NCBI GenBank assembly: GCA_964350265.1
Contig: CAYGJZ010000009.1
Location: forward strand, 427-64,426
Length of the DNA stretch: 64,000 bases
Origin: an uncultured Gammaproteobacteria bacterium
Lineage (GTDB): Bacteria > Pseudomonadota > Gammaproteobacteria > Arenicellales > CAJQKF01
Direction: 5' to 3'
Of the stretch, positions 17,262 through 26,619 are shown piece by piece. The notes under the pieces were generated by a model, which searched no databases, was not told the origin of the DNA, and saw only the letters and a program-made list of their open reading frames with translations. Both the position numbers and the translations under genes were made by a program. Every line of letters begins with the position of its first letter. The first letter of the stretch is position 1.

Positions 17262-18803
17262 TTGACCAACGACATGCACAAGGCACTCCCCCGCGAGGTG
17301 GCCGTGGGCGTGGTCGGCGCCGGCACCATGGGCGCCGGCATCGCCCAGGTGGCCGCCGCCGCCGGCCACCCGGTACAGCTCTACGATGCCGCCGACGGCG
17401 CCGCCGAACGGGGCCTTTCACGGCTGGCCGAGGGCCTGTCCCGGCAGGTGGCCCGCGGGCGCATGGACGAAGCCGACAAGGAAGCGCTGCTGGCTCGCAT
17501 CGTGCCCGCCGCTTCGCTCGGCGCGCTGGCGCCCTGTGCCCTGGTCGTCGAGGCGGTGGTGGAGGACCTCGCCGTCAAGCGCTCGCTGTTCGCCGCGCTG
17601 GAGTCCACCTGCGCCGCCGACACCATTCTCGCCAGCAACACCTCGTCGCTGTCGATCACCGCCATCGGCGCCGCCCTGGATGCACCCGGCCGGCTGGTCG
17701 GCATGCATTTCTTCAACCCGGCGCCGGTGATGAAGCTGGTGGAGGTGGTCTCCGGCCTGGACACCGACCCCGCGGTGGCCGCCACCACCCTGGCCACCGC
17801 CAGTGCCTGGGGCAAGCACGCGGTGCATGCGCGCTCCACCCCCGGCTTCATCGTCAACCGGGTGGCGCGGCCCTTCTACGGCGAGGCACTGCGGCTGCTC
17901 GAGGAAGGCGCCGCCGACATCGCCACCCTGGACGCGGTGGTCCGCGAGGCCGGCGGCTTCCGCATGGGGCCGTTCGAACTGATGGACCTGATCGGCATCG
18001 ACGTCAACTACGCGGTCAGCCGCTCGGTCTACGATGCCTTCTACCAGGACCCCCGCTACCTGCCTTCGCTGGCACAGAAGGAACGGGTGGACGGCGGACG
18101 CCTCGGTCGCAAGAGCGGGCAGGGCTTCTACGACTACCGCGACGGCGCGCCGGCCGTCGTCGCGCGGCCGCTGCCCGCCGCGCCGCCGCCTTCGTCGGTG
18201 TCGGTGGGTGCGCTGCCCGCCTTCGCCGATGCCCTGGTCGGGCGCATCGCCGCCGCCGGCATCGAGGTGCGCGACGACGGTCCCGAGGGCGTGCTGCAAC
18301 TGCCCGGCCTGGCGCTGGCACCCACCGACGGCCGCACCGCCAGCCGACGCCAGCTGGAAGACCTGCACGAGTCGCTGGTGCTGTTCGACCTGGCCACCGA
18401 CATGGCCAACGGCAAGGCGCTGGCCATCGCCGCTTCGCTGCAGGCCGGTGCCGATGCCCTGCACCGCGCCGCCGGGCTGCTGCAGGCCGCCGGCCTGGCC
18501 GTCTACGCGGTGGCCGACACCCCGGGACTGGTGATGATGCGGCTGGTGGCCATGCTCGCCAACGAGGCCTGCGAGGCGGTGCAGGCCGGGGTCTGCGACG
18601 CCGCCGGCGTCGACACCGCGATGATCGGCGGGGTCAACTACCCGCGCGGACCGATGGCCTTCGCCGACGCCATCGGTGCCGAGCACGTGCTCACCGTGCT
18701 CAACCACCTGCAGCAGGGCTACGGTTCGGATCGCTACCGTCCCTCGCTGCTGTTGCAGCAGCACGTCTACGCCGACCGACCCCTGCACCCGGACACGCCA
18801 TGA
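17262..18803 (+). CDS. paaH: 3-hydroxyadipyl-CoA dehydrogenase (3-hydroxyacyl-CoA dehydrogenase family)
   Basis: 513 aa. Rossmann VGVVGAGTMGAGIAQV, SNTSSLSI, GMHFFNPAPVMKLVEV, TPGFIVNRV, GRKSGQGFYDY. TTG start at 17262 (alternative ATG 17274). Confidence 0.85.
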   Translation: MTNDMHKALPREVAVGVVGAGTMGAGIAQVAAAAGHPVQLYDAADGAAERGLSRLAEGLSRQVARGRMDEADKEALLARIVPAASLGALAPCALVVEAVVEDLAVKRSLFAALESTCAADTILASNTSSLSITAIGAALDAPGRLVGMHFFNPAPVMKLVEVVSGLDTDPAVAATTLATASAWGKHAVHARSTPGFIVNRVARPFYGEALRLLEEGAADIATLDAVVREAGGFRMGPFELMDLIGIDVNYAVSRSVYDAFYQDPRYLPSLAQKERVDGGRLGRKSGQGFYDYRDGAPAVVARPLPAAPPPSSVSVGALPAFADALVGRIAAAGIEVRDDGPEGVLQLPGLALAPTDGRTASRRQLEDLHESLVLFDLATDMANGKALAIAASLQAGADALHRAAGLLQAAGLAVYAVADTPGLVMMRLVAMLANEACEAVQAGVCDAAGVDTAMIGGVNYPRGPMAFADAIGAEHVLTVLNHLQQGYGSDRYRPSLLLQQHVYADRPLHPDTP

Positions 18804-19252
18804 ACGACCACGATGCGAACACCGCGCGCGCCGTTGCCCGCGCCGCCGGCGAGGCCATGCTGGCCGGGGACCGCTGCTCGCAGGGCCTTTGCATGGAACT
18901 GGTGGATGTCGACCTTGGCCGCGCGTCGCTGCGCATGACGGTGCGCGAGGACATGCTCAACGGCCTGGGCACCTGTCACGGCGGGGTCATCTTCTCGCTG
19001 GCCGACAGCTGCTTTGCCCTGGCCTGCAATTCCCGCGACCAGCGCAGCGTGGCGGTGAACTGCCTGGTCGACTACGTTCGTCCGGCCCGGCCCGGCGACG
19101 TGCTGCTGGCCGAGTCGCGGGAGCTGTCGCTGGCCGGCAGGAACGGCGTCTACGACGTGGTGGTGCGCAACCAGCACGGCGACATCGTGGCCTGCTTCCG
19201 CGGCAAGTCGCGCACCATCGCCGGCAGCGTGACCGGCAACGACGCCGGCTGA
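18800..19252 (+). CDS. paaI: hydroxyphenylacetyl-CoA thioesterase (hotdog fold)
   Basis: 150 aa. LNGLGTCHGGVIFSLADSCFALACN is the PaaI-type catalytic region. Overlaps the paaH stop by 4 nt. Confidence 0.85.
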   Translation: MNDHDANTARAVARAAGEAMLAGDRCSQGLCMELVDVDLGRASLRMTVREDMLNGLGTCHGGVIFSLADSCFALACNSRDQRSVAVNCLVDYVRPARPGDVLLAESRELSLAGRNGVYDVVVRNQHGDIVACFRGKSRTIAGSVTGNDAG

Positions 19253-19259
19253 GCGCGGA

Positions 19260-20654
19260 TCAGGAGAGCGATGCCAGGCGCTCGCCGAGGCGCAGGGCCA
19301 GCGCCACCAGGGTGAGGGTGGGATAGCCCTCGTAGCCGGGAAACACCGAGCAGCCGGCCAGGTGGAGATTCTCCACGCCGTGTACCCGGCCGTGCCGGTC
19401 GACCACGCCCAGGGCCGGATCGTCGGCCATGCGGGTGGCGCCCATGTGGTGAAAGCCGGTGGCATTCACCGCGGCATCGGCCAGCCCGCCGCCATCCACG
19501 CGCAAGCTGCCGAGCCGGTCTTCGGCCACCGCCCCGCGCAGGTGCTCCACCGCGGCGGCAAAGGTACGCGGCTCGATGCCGCCATAGTGCAGTTCCACCA
19601 CCACCCGCGGCATGCCGAAGCGGTCGGCGACCCGGTCCAGGCGAATGCGGCTGTCCCGGTTCGGCGCCGGGTCGATGCGCAGGTCCACCCGGTAGCGCGG
19701 CGCGGCGCCGTCGAGGCGACGGAACTCGAAGTTCGCCGGGCTGATGCGCCCGGCGGCCAGCACCGGCTCGGCCAGGCCGAGCACGCCCTTGAGCGAGCTG
19801 CCGCCGCGCTCTGCGCGCTGGTAGAAGCCGAGCTCGACCCCGGGAGCGGCGACGAACTCGCCGACCCGGTACTTGAAGTGGTCCATGAAGTAACGCCCGA
19901 CCAGGTCGCGCTCGTTGCCCAGGCCGTGACGGCTGGCACCGGGCGAGGCGAGCAGCAGGCGGGCGTTCTCGATGCCGCCGGTGGCCAGCACCACCTGTCG
20001 CGGCCGCACCACGAAGTGGCCACCGCCGGTGCTGCGGCAGGCGACTTCGTCCACGCGCCGCCCGGCGGGCCCGCCAAGACGCACCGCGTGGGCGTGCAGG
20101 CAGGCGTCCACCGCCGCGCTGGCGGCGATTTCCTCGCGGTACTTGGCGGCAAAGCGGGTCGGCGGGCTGAAGCGGGTTACCCGGGTGTGGAAGACCGCCG
20201 GGTCCAGCGGCAGCGGGCCGTCGCCGTCCCGGGCATAGGCATCGGCGGTGAAGCCGGTGGCGGCGAGGTCGCAGACCCGTTGCGCCTCCTCGAGCCAGGG
20301 CGTCAGCTCGGCCAGGGTGATGGGCCAGCCGCTGTCGGCAATCCAGGGCCGGTGCGCGAAGTCGCTGGCCAGCGGCGGGCGGCACCAGCCGGCCCAGTGG
20401 TTGGTGGTGCCGCCGAAGTAGCGCAGCCGGGTGCGCTCCAGCGGCGGGTAGTGGAGGCCGACGTGGTCACCGCGGTAGAGCTGCTGCAGGCGATCGTCGC
20501 GGCTGAAGCCGCCGCCCACCAGCAGGCAGACCCGGCGCCCGGCGGCAGCCAGCCGGCGCGCCAGCGTGATGCCCGCGGCGCCGGCGCCGACGATGCAGGT
20601 GTCGGTGTCGATGACCGCGCCATCGACGAAGCCCCTGGCATCGCGAAACGCCAA
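19260..20654 (-). CDS. GMC-family FAD oxidoreductase
   Basis: Frame of ORF 19260..20972. The upstream part overlaps gloB, so the start is taken at TTG 20654, 2 nt after the gloB stop. CIVGAGAAGITLARRLA Rossmann fold; C-terminal FHHMGATRM...VHGVENLHLAGCSVFP. Confidence 0.75.
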   Translation of the reverse strand: MAFRDARGFVDGAVIDTDTCIVGAGAAGITLARRLAAAGRRVCLLVGGGFSRDDRLQQLYRGDHVGLHYPPLERTRLRYFGGTTNHWAGWCRPPLASDFAHRPWIADSGWPITLAELTPWLEEAQRVCDLAATGFTADAYARDGDGPLPLDPAVFHTRVTRFSPPTRFAAKYREEIAASAAVDACLHAHAVRLGGPAGRRVDEVACRSTGGGHFVVRPRQVVLATGGIENARLLLASPGASRHGLGNERDLVGRYFMDHFKYRVGEFVAAPGVELGFYQRAERGGSSLKGVLGLAEPVLAAGRISPANFEFRRLDGAAPRYRVDLRIDPAPNRDSRIRLDRVADRFGMPRVVVELHYGGIEPRTFAAAVEHLRGAVAEDRLGSLRVDGGGLADAAVNATGFHHMGATRMADDPALGVVDRHGRVHGVENLHLAGCSVFPGYEGYPTLTLVALALRLGERLASLS

Positions 20655-20656
20655 GG

Positions 20657-21430
20657 TCAGAAGTGGTCCTTGCGCCGCCGGGTCTCGGCAAAGACATCCT
20701 CCGGCGGCCGCCCGGCCATGCCCAGGCCGGCGGCGAAGCCGGCGTCGTCGGCACGCAGGAAGGGATTGGTGTCGCGCTCCACGCCGATCTGCGTGGGCAC
20801 CGTGGGCAGGCCGGCATCGCGCTTTTGCCTGACCTCCGCCATGCGCCTTTGCAGGGCGGCGTTGTCGGCGTCGACACTCAGGGCGAAGCGGCCGTTGGCG
20901 AGGGTGTACTCGTGGGCGCAGTAGACCACGGTGTCCTCGGGCCAGGCGCGCAGGCGGCGCAGGGAGTTCCACATCTGCGCCGGGCTGCCCTCGAACATGC
21001 GTCCGCAGCCCATCGCGAACAACGTGTCGCCGACGAAGGCGATGCGCTGGCCGGGCACGTGGTACACCATGTGGCCCACCGTGTGGCCGGGGGTTTCCAT
21101 CACCTCCACCGCGTGTCCGCCGAAGTCGAACACGTCGCCGTCGCGCAGGTGCACGTCGATGCCGGGGATGCGCGCGGCGTCGGCGCCGTTGCCGACGATG
21201 GTACAGCCGGTGGCGGCCTTCAGCGCGAGGTTGCCGCCGGCGTGGTCGCCGTGGTGATGGGTGTTGAAGACGTGGCTCAGGGTCCAGCCCCTGGCGGCCA
21301 GCTCGGCAGCGATGGCGTTCGCGTCCGGGGTATCGATGCTGGCGGTCAGCCCGCTGTCCGGGGCATGCAGCAAGAAGCCGTAGTTGTCGTTCAGGCAGGG
21401 GAACATGTGCACGACCAGGTTGGCGCTCAT
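20657..21430 (-). CDS. gloB: hydroxyacylglutathione hydrolase (glyoxalase II)
   Basis: Only the last 257 codons of ORF 20657..23257 are homologous: MSANLVVHMFPCLNDNYGFLLH, THHHGDHAGGN, ETPGHTVGH, CAHEYTLANGRFA. The ATG 21430 overlaps the upstream stop (ATGA). Confidence 0.9.
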   Translation of the reverse strand: MSANLVVHMFPCLNDNYGFLLHAPDSGLTASIDTPDANAIAAELAARGWTLSHVFNTHHHGDHAGGNLALKAATGCTIVGNGADAARIPGIDVHLRDGDVFDFGGHAVEVMETPGHTVGHMVYHVPGQRIAFVGDTLFAMGCGRMFEGSPAQMWNSLRRLRAWPEDTVVYCAHEYTLANGRFALSVDADNAALQRRMAEVRQKRDAGLPTVPTQIGVERDTNPFLRADDAGFAAGLGMAGRPPEDVFAETRRRKDHF

Positions 21431-22995
21431 CGGTGGTCTCCTTCTACGTGTTTGCGGGCAGTGGCGCGACGCGCGGCAACGTGCCGGGCCTGGCGCGAGG
21501 CATGACCGGCCATCGGCGAAGGCCGGGCCCCGGGCTGCTTGTCGGGATGTCCGACGCGGCCGGCAATGCAGGCCGGGGCACCGGTGAACCGGCCGCGCCG
21601 GTAGTCCTCGGCGAGGGCTTCGGTCACCGCCGCGGCATCGAGGCCGGCATCGGCGACCAGGCCGTGGTGCAGCAGTTCCACCAACTTCGGCAGGGCAATG
21701 CGATGGCTGCGGCCGGCGGCCCGGTAGAGGCCGTCGGACAGGGCCAGCAGGCGTTCGAACACCGCCCCGCGAAACAGCGACATGGTGGTGGCGAAGCGGC
21801 CGGAGTTGGCGATCATGTCGTAGTAGCGTGCCAGCCGCGACACCCGCTGCACGGTGTCGAAGTCCACCCGGTCGCTGGCGAGGACGCGGTAGGGCGGCGC
21901 CGGGTCGAAGCGCAGGCCGAACTCGGCGGCACGTTCCACCAGCGGGCTGCCGCGCAGCCGCTTGAGGATGCCGATCTGGATCTCGTCCGGGTTGAGCGCG
22001 TAGAGGCGGTCGAAGCCGCGGGCGAAGCTGGCCAGGTCTTCTCCGGGCAGGCCGAAGATGAGGTCGGCATGGATGTGGGCATGGGTGTGGCTGCGCAGCC
22101 AGGCCAGGTTGGCACAGGTGGCGGCATCGTCCTGGCGGCGCCGGATCACCGCCTGCACGTCGGGGTTGAAGGTCTGGATGCCGATCTCGAACTGCAGCGT
22201 GCCCGGGGCAAAGCGCGGCAGGTATGCACGCACCGCGTCGGGCAGGCGGTCGGGGATCAGCTCGAAGTGCAGGAACAGCGACGCGTCGTCGAGGTCGAGG
22301 AAGTAGCCGAGGATGCGTTCGACGTGGGCGCGCTTCAGGTTGAAGGTGCGGTCGACGAAGCGGAACTGGCGCAGGCCGCGGCGGTAGAGGCCGTCGAGGG
22401 CGTCGATGATCCGCTCGATGTCGAAGTGCCAGGCGGTACGGTCCAGGGAAGACAGGCAGAAGGTGCAGCGGAACGGGCAGCCGCGCGAGGCCTCCACGTA
22501 GACCATGCGCCGGGCGATGTCCTCGTCGTCGTACTCGGCATAGGGCAGGGCCAGCCGTGCCAGCGGCGGGTTGTCGGCGGCGATCACGCGACCGTCCGGT
22601 GGCGTCCCCGCCAGCACCCGGCGGGCCAGCGCGGCGAAGGCGAAGTCGGCCTGGCCGGTGATCACGTAGTCGGCATGCTCGGCGGCCGGCGGCAGGTCGT
22701 CGGCACAGCCGACCTCGGGACCGCCGAGCACCACCACCACCTCCGGCGCCACCTGCCTGACCAGCGCCGCCACCGCGCCGGACTCGGTCACGTTCCAGAT
22801 GTAGACGCCAAGGGCGACGATGCGCGGGCGCTCGGCCAGCAACTGCTCGACGATGTCGGCGGCGCGCCACTCCAGGGTGAACTCGAGCATGCGCGTGCGC
22901 GGCGCCAGCTCGGCCAGGTTGGCCTTCAGGTAGCGCAGCCCCAGCGAGGCGTGGTGGTAGCGCGCGTTGATGGTGGCGAGGACGATGTCGCTCAT
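21427..22995 (-). CDS. B12-binding-domain radical SAM protein (DUF4080-type C-terminus)
   Basis: Start MSDIVLATINARYHHASLGLRYLKANL (ATG 22995). B12-like N-domain, ASRGCPFRCTFCLSS (CxxxCxxC), long C-terminal domain. ATGA overlaps at both ends. Confidence 0.85.
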   Translation of the reverse strand: MSDIVLATINARYHHASLGLRYLKANLAELAPRTRMLEFTLEWRAADIVEQLLAERPRIVALGVYIWNVTESGAVAALVRQVAPEVVVVLGGPEVGCADDLPPAAEHADYVITGQADFAFAALARRVLAGTPPDGRVIAADNPPLARLALPYAEYDDEDIARRMVYVEASRGCPFRCTFCLSSLDRTAWHFDIERIIDALDGLYRRGLRQFRFVDRTFNLKRAHVERILGYFLDLDDASLFLHFELIPDRLPDAVRAYLPRFAPGTLQFEIGIQTFNPDVQAVIRRRQDDAATCANLAWLRSHTHAHIHADLIFGLPGEDLASFARGFDRLYALNPDEIQIGILKRLRGSPLVERAAEFGLRFDPAPPYRVLASDRVDFDTVQRVSRLARYYDMIANSGRFATTMSLFRGAVFERLLALSDGLYRAAGRSHRIALPKLVELLHHGLVADAGLDAAAVTEALAEDYRRGRFTGAPACIAGRVGHPDKQPGARPSPMAGHASRQARHVAARRATARKHVEGDHR

Positions 22996-23819
22996 GGCGT
23001 TGCTGCCAGCGTGCGCAGCACCCGCGCCACCGCGGCGAAGGCCATCGAGGCGGTGACGTGGGTGGCCGAGCCGAGTGCCCCGGCGCAGCTGAGCCCACCC
23101 TCGCCCCCGGCGCGCTCGCGGCCCACGCTGCCGTCGGCGCGCGCGAACAGCGGCTGCTCGGTGGAATAGACGCAAGGCACGTCGAAGCGACGCGCCGGGT
23201 TGCGGCTGAAGCCGTGCCGCGCACGCAGCTGCTTGCGCACCTTGGCCAGCAGTGCATCGTGCTCGGTGCGCGACAGGTCGGCGGTGCGGATCATCGACGG
23301 GTCCATGCGGCCACCGGCGCCGCCGACGGTGAGCACCCGGATCCTGTTCCGCCGGCAGTGGGCGACGATGGCCGCCTTGACGCGGAAGTTGTCAGCGCAG
23401 TCGATGACGAAGCCGATGCCGTGGAGTCGCTCGGCGACGTTGTCCACGGTGACGAAGTCATCCACCGTGCACACCCGGCAGCCGGGATGAATGCGACCGA
23501 TGCGCCGCGCCATGACATCGATCTTGGCCATGCCCAGGGTGTCGTCGTCGGCGACGAGCTGGCGGTTGATGTTGGATTCGGCGACGTGGTCCATGTCGAT
23601 CAGCGTGATCGCGCCGATGCCGCTCCTGGCCAGCGCCTCGGCGGCCCAGGAACCGACCCCGCCGACGCCGACCACGCCGACGTGGGCGGCACCGAAACGG
23701 GCCAGCGCGGTACGGCCGTACAGACGCGAGATGCCGCCGAAACGACGCTGCGGGTCGGCAGCGACGGCGGTCACGCGGCGAACGGCGGGGGCATCGGGCA
23801 TGGCGGCGCGAAGATTCAT
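22992..23819 (-). CDS. tcdA: tRNA threonylcarbamoyladenosine dehydratase (ThiF/E1-like)
   Basis: Collinear with remembered E. coli TcdA: RFGGISRLYG, VVGVGGVGSWAAEALARSGIGAITLIDMD, NRQ, GGAGG..DP. Start ATG 23819. Confidence 0.9.
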   Translation of the reverse strand: MNLRAAMPDAPAVRRVTAVAADPQRRFGGISRLYGRTALARFGAAHVGVVGVGGVGSWAAEALARSGIGAITLIDMDHVAESNINRQLVADDDTLGMAKIDVMARRIGRIHPGCRVCTVDDFVTVDNVAERLHGIGFVIDCADNFRVKAAIVAHCRRNRIRVLTVGGAGGRMDPSMIRTADLSRTEHDALLAKVRKQLRARHGFSRNPARRFDVPCVYSTEQPLFARADGSVGRERAGGEGGLSCAGALGSATHVTASMAFAAVARVLRTLAATP

Positions 23820-23887
23820 CGAAGGGCCCGGTAATGGTACCATGCGCCGCCCTTTCCCCTGCCCGCGGCGCTGCCGACGGAGACCCC

Positions 23888-24292
23888 ATGAGCCGCAACA
23901 TTGCCCTGGTGCTCGGATCCTTTCACCGCGCCCACATCGAGCAGATGCTGGACGAGGCGCGCGCCGCGGCGGCCGGCCTCGACCTGGCCATCGTCGACGA
24001 GACCTGGGTGCCCGGTTCGATGGAAAAGCCGCTGGCGCTGAAGCGCGCCCTGCTGCGCGACGACGTCCACGGCGCGGTGGCGCTGGGCATCATCGAGAAG
24101 GGCGAGACCGAGCACGGCCTGGTCATGGGCCAGGCGGTGATCGGCGCCATCATCGACTTGCAGCTTGCGCTGATGAAGCCGGTGGGCGTGGGCATCCTCG
24201 GGCCGGGCATCCAGCCCACCCAGATCCCGGCCCGGCTGCGACCCTATGGCCGCGACGCGGTGGCGGCGGTGGCGGCCATGCTGGCCACTTGA
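23888..24292 (+). CDS. short lumazine-synthase (DMRL synthase) family protein
   Basis: 134 aa from ATG 23888. WVPGSMEKPLALKRAL, AVALGIIEKGETEHG, PVGVGILG parallel the RibH elements VPGAYELPLA, AVVALGTVIRGGTAHF, PVAFGVL. The N- and C-terminal RibH elements are missing or divergent. Confidence 0.55.
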   Translation: MSRNIALVLGSFHRAHIEQMLDEARAAAAGLDLAIVDETWVPGSMEKPLALKRALLRDDVHGAVALGIIEKGETEHGLVMGQAVIGAIIDLQLALMKPVGVGILGPGIQPTQIPARLRPYGRDAVAAVAAMLAT

Positions 24293-24365
24293 CAGCCCAA
24301 CGGCCTTCCTTTATTTACATCGGGCCTTGCCCCATTTTCCGCCCGATTCAGAGCCCAAGAACAAC

Positions 24366-25298
24366 GTGAACGCCCCGACGTCCTTTTCCGACCGCGACGG
24401 CTTCATCTGGTCCGATGGCCAGATGGTGCCCTGGCGCGATGCCACCACCCACGTGCTCACCCACACCCTGCACTACGGCCTGGGCGTGTTCGAGGGCGTG
24501 CGTGCCTACAAGACCGAGCGCGGCACGGCGATCTTCCGCCTCGCCGAGCACACCGACCGGCTGTTCCGCTCGGCACACATCCTCAACATGAAGATCCCCT
24601 TCGATCGCGACACCCTGAACCAGGCGCAGATCGACGTGGTCAAGGCCAACGAGCTGGAGTCCGCCTACATCCGGCCGCTGGCCTTCTACGGCTCCGAGGG
24701 CATGGGCATCCGCGCCGACATGCTGCGCACCCACGTCGCCATCGCCACCTGGGCCTGGGGTGCCTACCTCGGCGAGGAAGGCATGGAGAAGGGCATCAAG
24801 GTGCGCACCTCGTCGTTGACCCGGCACCATGTCAACATCACCATGTGCCGGGCCAAGGCCTGCGGCAACTACATCAACTCCATCCTCGCCCTGCAGGAGG
24901 CGGTATCGGCCGGCTGCGACGAGGCGTTGATGCTCGACGCCAGCGGCTACGTGATGGAGGGCACCGGGGAGAACGTGTTCATCGTGCGCGACGGCATCGT
25001 CTACACCCCCGACCTGACCTCCGCGCTGGAGGGCATCACCCGCGACACGGTGATGCGCCTGATGGCGGAGATGGGCATCGAGGTGCGCGAGAAACGCATC
25101 ACCCGCGACGAGGTCTACGTTGCCGACGAGTGCTTCTTCACCGGCACCGCCGCCGAGGTCACCCCGGTGCGCGAGCTCGATGGCCGCCAGATCGGCAGCG
25201 GCCGGCGCGGCCCGGTCACCGAGCGGGTGCAGACCGCCTACTTCGACTGCGTGGAAGGTCGCTCCGCGCAGCACGCCGACTGGCTGACCTACCTCTAG
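24366..25298 (+). CDS. ilvE: branched-chain amino acid aminotransferase
   Basis: GTG 24366. Collinear with E. coli IlvE: LHYGLGVFEGVRAY, AYIRPLAFYG, AKACGNY, EGTGENVFIV, LEGITRD, FFTGTAAEVTPVRELDG. Confidence 0.9.
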   Translation: MNAPTSFSDRDGFIWSDGQMVPWRDATTHVLTHTLHYGLGVFEGVRAYKTERGTAIFRLAEHTDRLFRSAHILNMKIPFDRDTLNQAQIDVVKANELESAYIRPLAFYGSEGMGIRADMLRTHVAIATWAWGAYLGEEGMEKGIKVRTSSLTRHHVNITMCRAKACGNYINSILALQEAVSAGCDEALMLDASGYVMEGTGENVFIVRDGIVYTPDLTSALEGITRDTVMRLMAEMGIEVREKRITRDEVYVADECFFTGTAAEVTPVRELDGRQIGSGRRGPVTERVQTAYFDCVEGRSAQHADWLTYL

Positions 25299-25316
25299 CC
25301 GCGACAGGTTCGCTTC

Positions 25317-25532
25317 ATGACCCAGAAACCTTCCGACAGCCTCAACGACGACCTGAAGACACCCAACTCGGCGCTTCGCGTGGACATTGGCCACGACCAG
25401 TTGCCGCTGCACTGCCCGATGGACGGCATGAGCCTGTGGAACTCCCACCCCAGGGTCTACATTCCCATCGAGAAGAACGGCCACGCGCTGTGCCCCTACT
25501 GCGGCACCTACTACGTGCTCCGGGACGACTGA
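25317..25532 (+). CDS. small zinc-finger (CHCC-type) protein
   Basis: 71 aa. LHCPMDG...LCPYCGTYYVL forms a four-ligand zinc knuckle. It occupies the ilvE-waaF gap, as I recall from pseudomonads. Confidence 0.65.
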   Translation: MTQKPSDSLNDDLKTPNSALRVDIGHDQLPLHCPMDGMSLWNSHPRVYIPIEKNGHALCPYCGTYYVLRDD

Positions 25533-25542
25533 ACCGGCAACG

Positions 25543-26619
25543 GTGACCGTCCCGCGCAGCAGCGGCGACGCCCCGCGCATCGTCGTCTTCGGCCCGTCCT
25601 GGGTCGGCGACATGATCATGGCGCAGAGCCTGTTCATGACGCTGAAGGCGCGCGGGGCCTTCGTCGGCGTCATCGCCCCGGGCTGGACCGAAGCACTGCT
25701 GGCGCGCATGCCCGAGGTCGACCTGGCGCTGCCGGCGGACTTCCGCCACGGCAGTTTCGGCCTGGCCGAGCGGCTGCGCCAGGCGCGGGAGATTCGCCGC
25801 CACCACTTCGACCAGGCCATCGTCCTGCCACGCTCGCTGAAATCCGCCCTGGTGCCGTTCCTGGCCCGCATCCCGCGCCGTACCGGCTACCTCGGCGAAA
25901 TGCGCTACGGCCTGCTCAACGACATCCGGCCCCTGGACAAGACCGCGCTGCCCTTGACCGTGCAGCGCTTCGTCCAGCTCGGCGCCGCGGCGAAGGATGC
26001 CGTCGCCGACTGCCCGCAGCCGCGCCTGGCGGCCGACGCCGAGGGCGTGCAAACGGCCCTTGCCGAACTTGGCCTGGAACGGCCGCGTGGCCCGCTGCTG
26101 GCGCTGTGTCCGGGCGCCGAGTTCGGCCCGGCCAAGCGCTGGCCGGTCACGCACTTCGCCACCCTGGCGCGGGATGCCGCCGCCGCCGGCATCGACTGCT
26201 GGCTGTTCGGTTCCGACCGCGACGCCGGCATCACCGCGGACATCGCCGCCGCCGCCGGGGAGCGCGACGGCCACTGCGTGGACCTGGCCGGACGCACCCG
26301 GCTGGGCCAGGCCATCGACCTGATGTCGCTGGCCGACGTGGTGGTCAGCAACGACTCCGGGCTGATGCACGTGGCGGCGGCCCTCGGCCGTCCGCTGGTG
26401 GCCCTGTACGGCTCCTCCAGCGCCGGCTTCACGCCGCCACTGAGCGACACCGCCAGCGTGCTCAGCCACGACCTGCCCTGCCGTCCCTGCTTCCAGCGCG
26501 AGTGTCCGCTCGGTCATTTCCGCTGCATGCAGGATCTCGCACCGCAGCGGGTCTTCGCCGCCGTGCAGGCGGCACTGGCCGGGCAGACTGGTTCCGGACA
26601 CGACGAGGGTTTACAGTAG
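25543..26619 (+). CDS. waaF: ADP-heptose:LPS heptosyltransferase II
   Basis: 358 aa. GPSWVGDMIMAQSLF, LPRSLKSALVPFLARIPRRTGY, CPGAEFGPAKRWP, SNDSGLMHVAAALGRPLVALYGSS are GT9 heptosyltransferase patterns. Confidence 0.85.
   Translation: MTVPRSSGDAPRIVVFGPSWVGDMIMAQSLFMTLKARGAFVGVIAPGWTEALLARMPEVDLALPADFRHGSFGLAERLRQAREIRRHHFDQAIVLPRSLKSALVPFLARIPRRTGYLGEMRYGLLNDIRPLDKTALPLTVQRFVQLGAAAKDAVADCPQPRLAADAEGVQTALAELGLERPRGPLLALCPGAEFGPAKRWPVTHFATLARDAAAAGIDCWLFGSDRDAGITADIAAAAGERDGHCVDLAGRTRLGQAIDLMSLADVVVSNDSGLMHVAAALGRPLVALYGSSSAGFTPPLSDTASVLSHDLPCRPCFQRECPLGHFRCMQDLAPQRVFAAVQAALAGQTGSGHDEGLQ

Noticed and set aside
20657-23257. single 866-aa protein as listed in the ORF track
   Set aside because: Only the C-terminal 257 codons are GloB-like. 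The upstream part overlaps the radical SAM and tcdA genes in another frame and reads as Arg/Pro/Ala filler.
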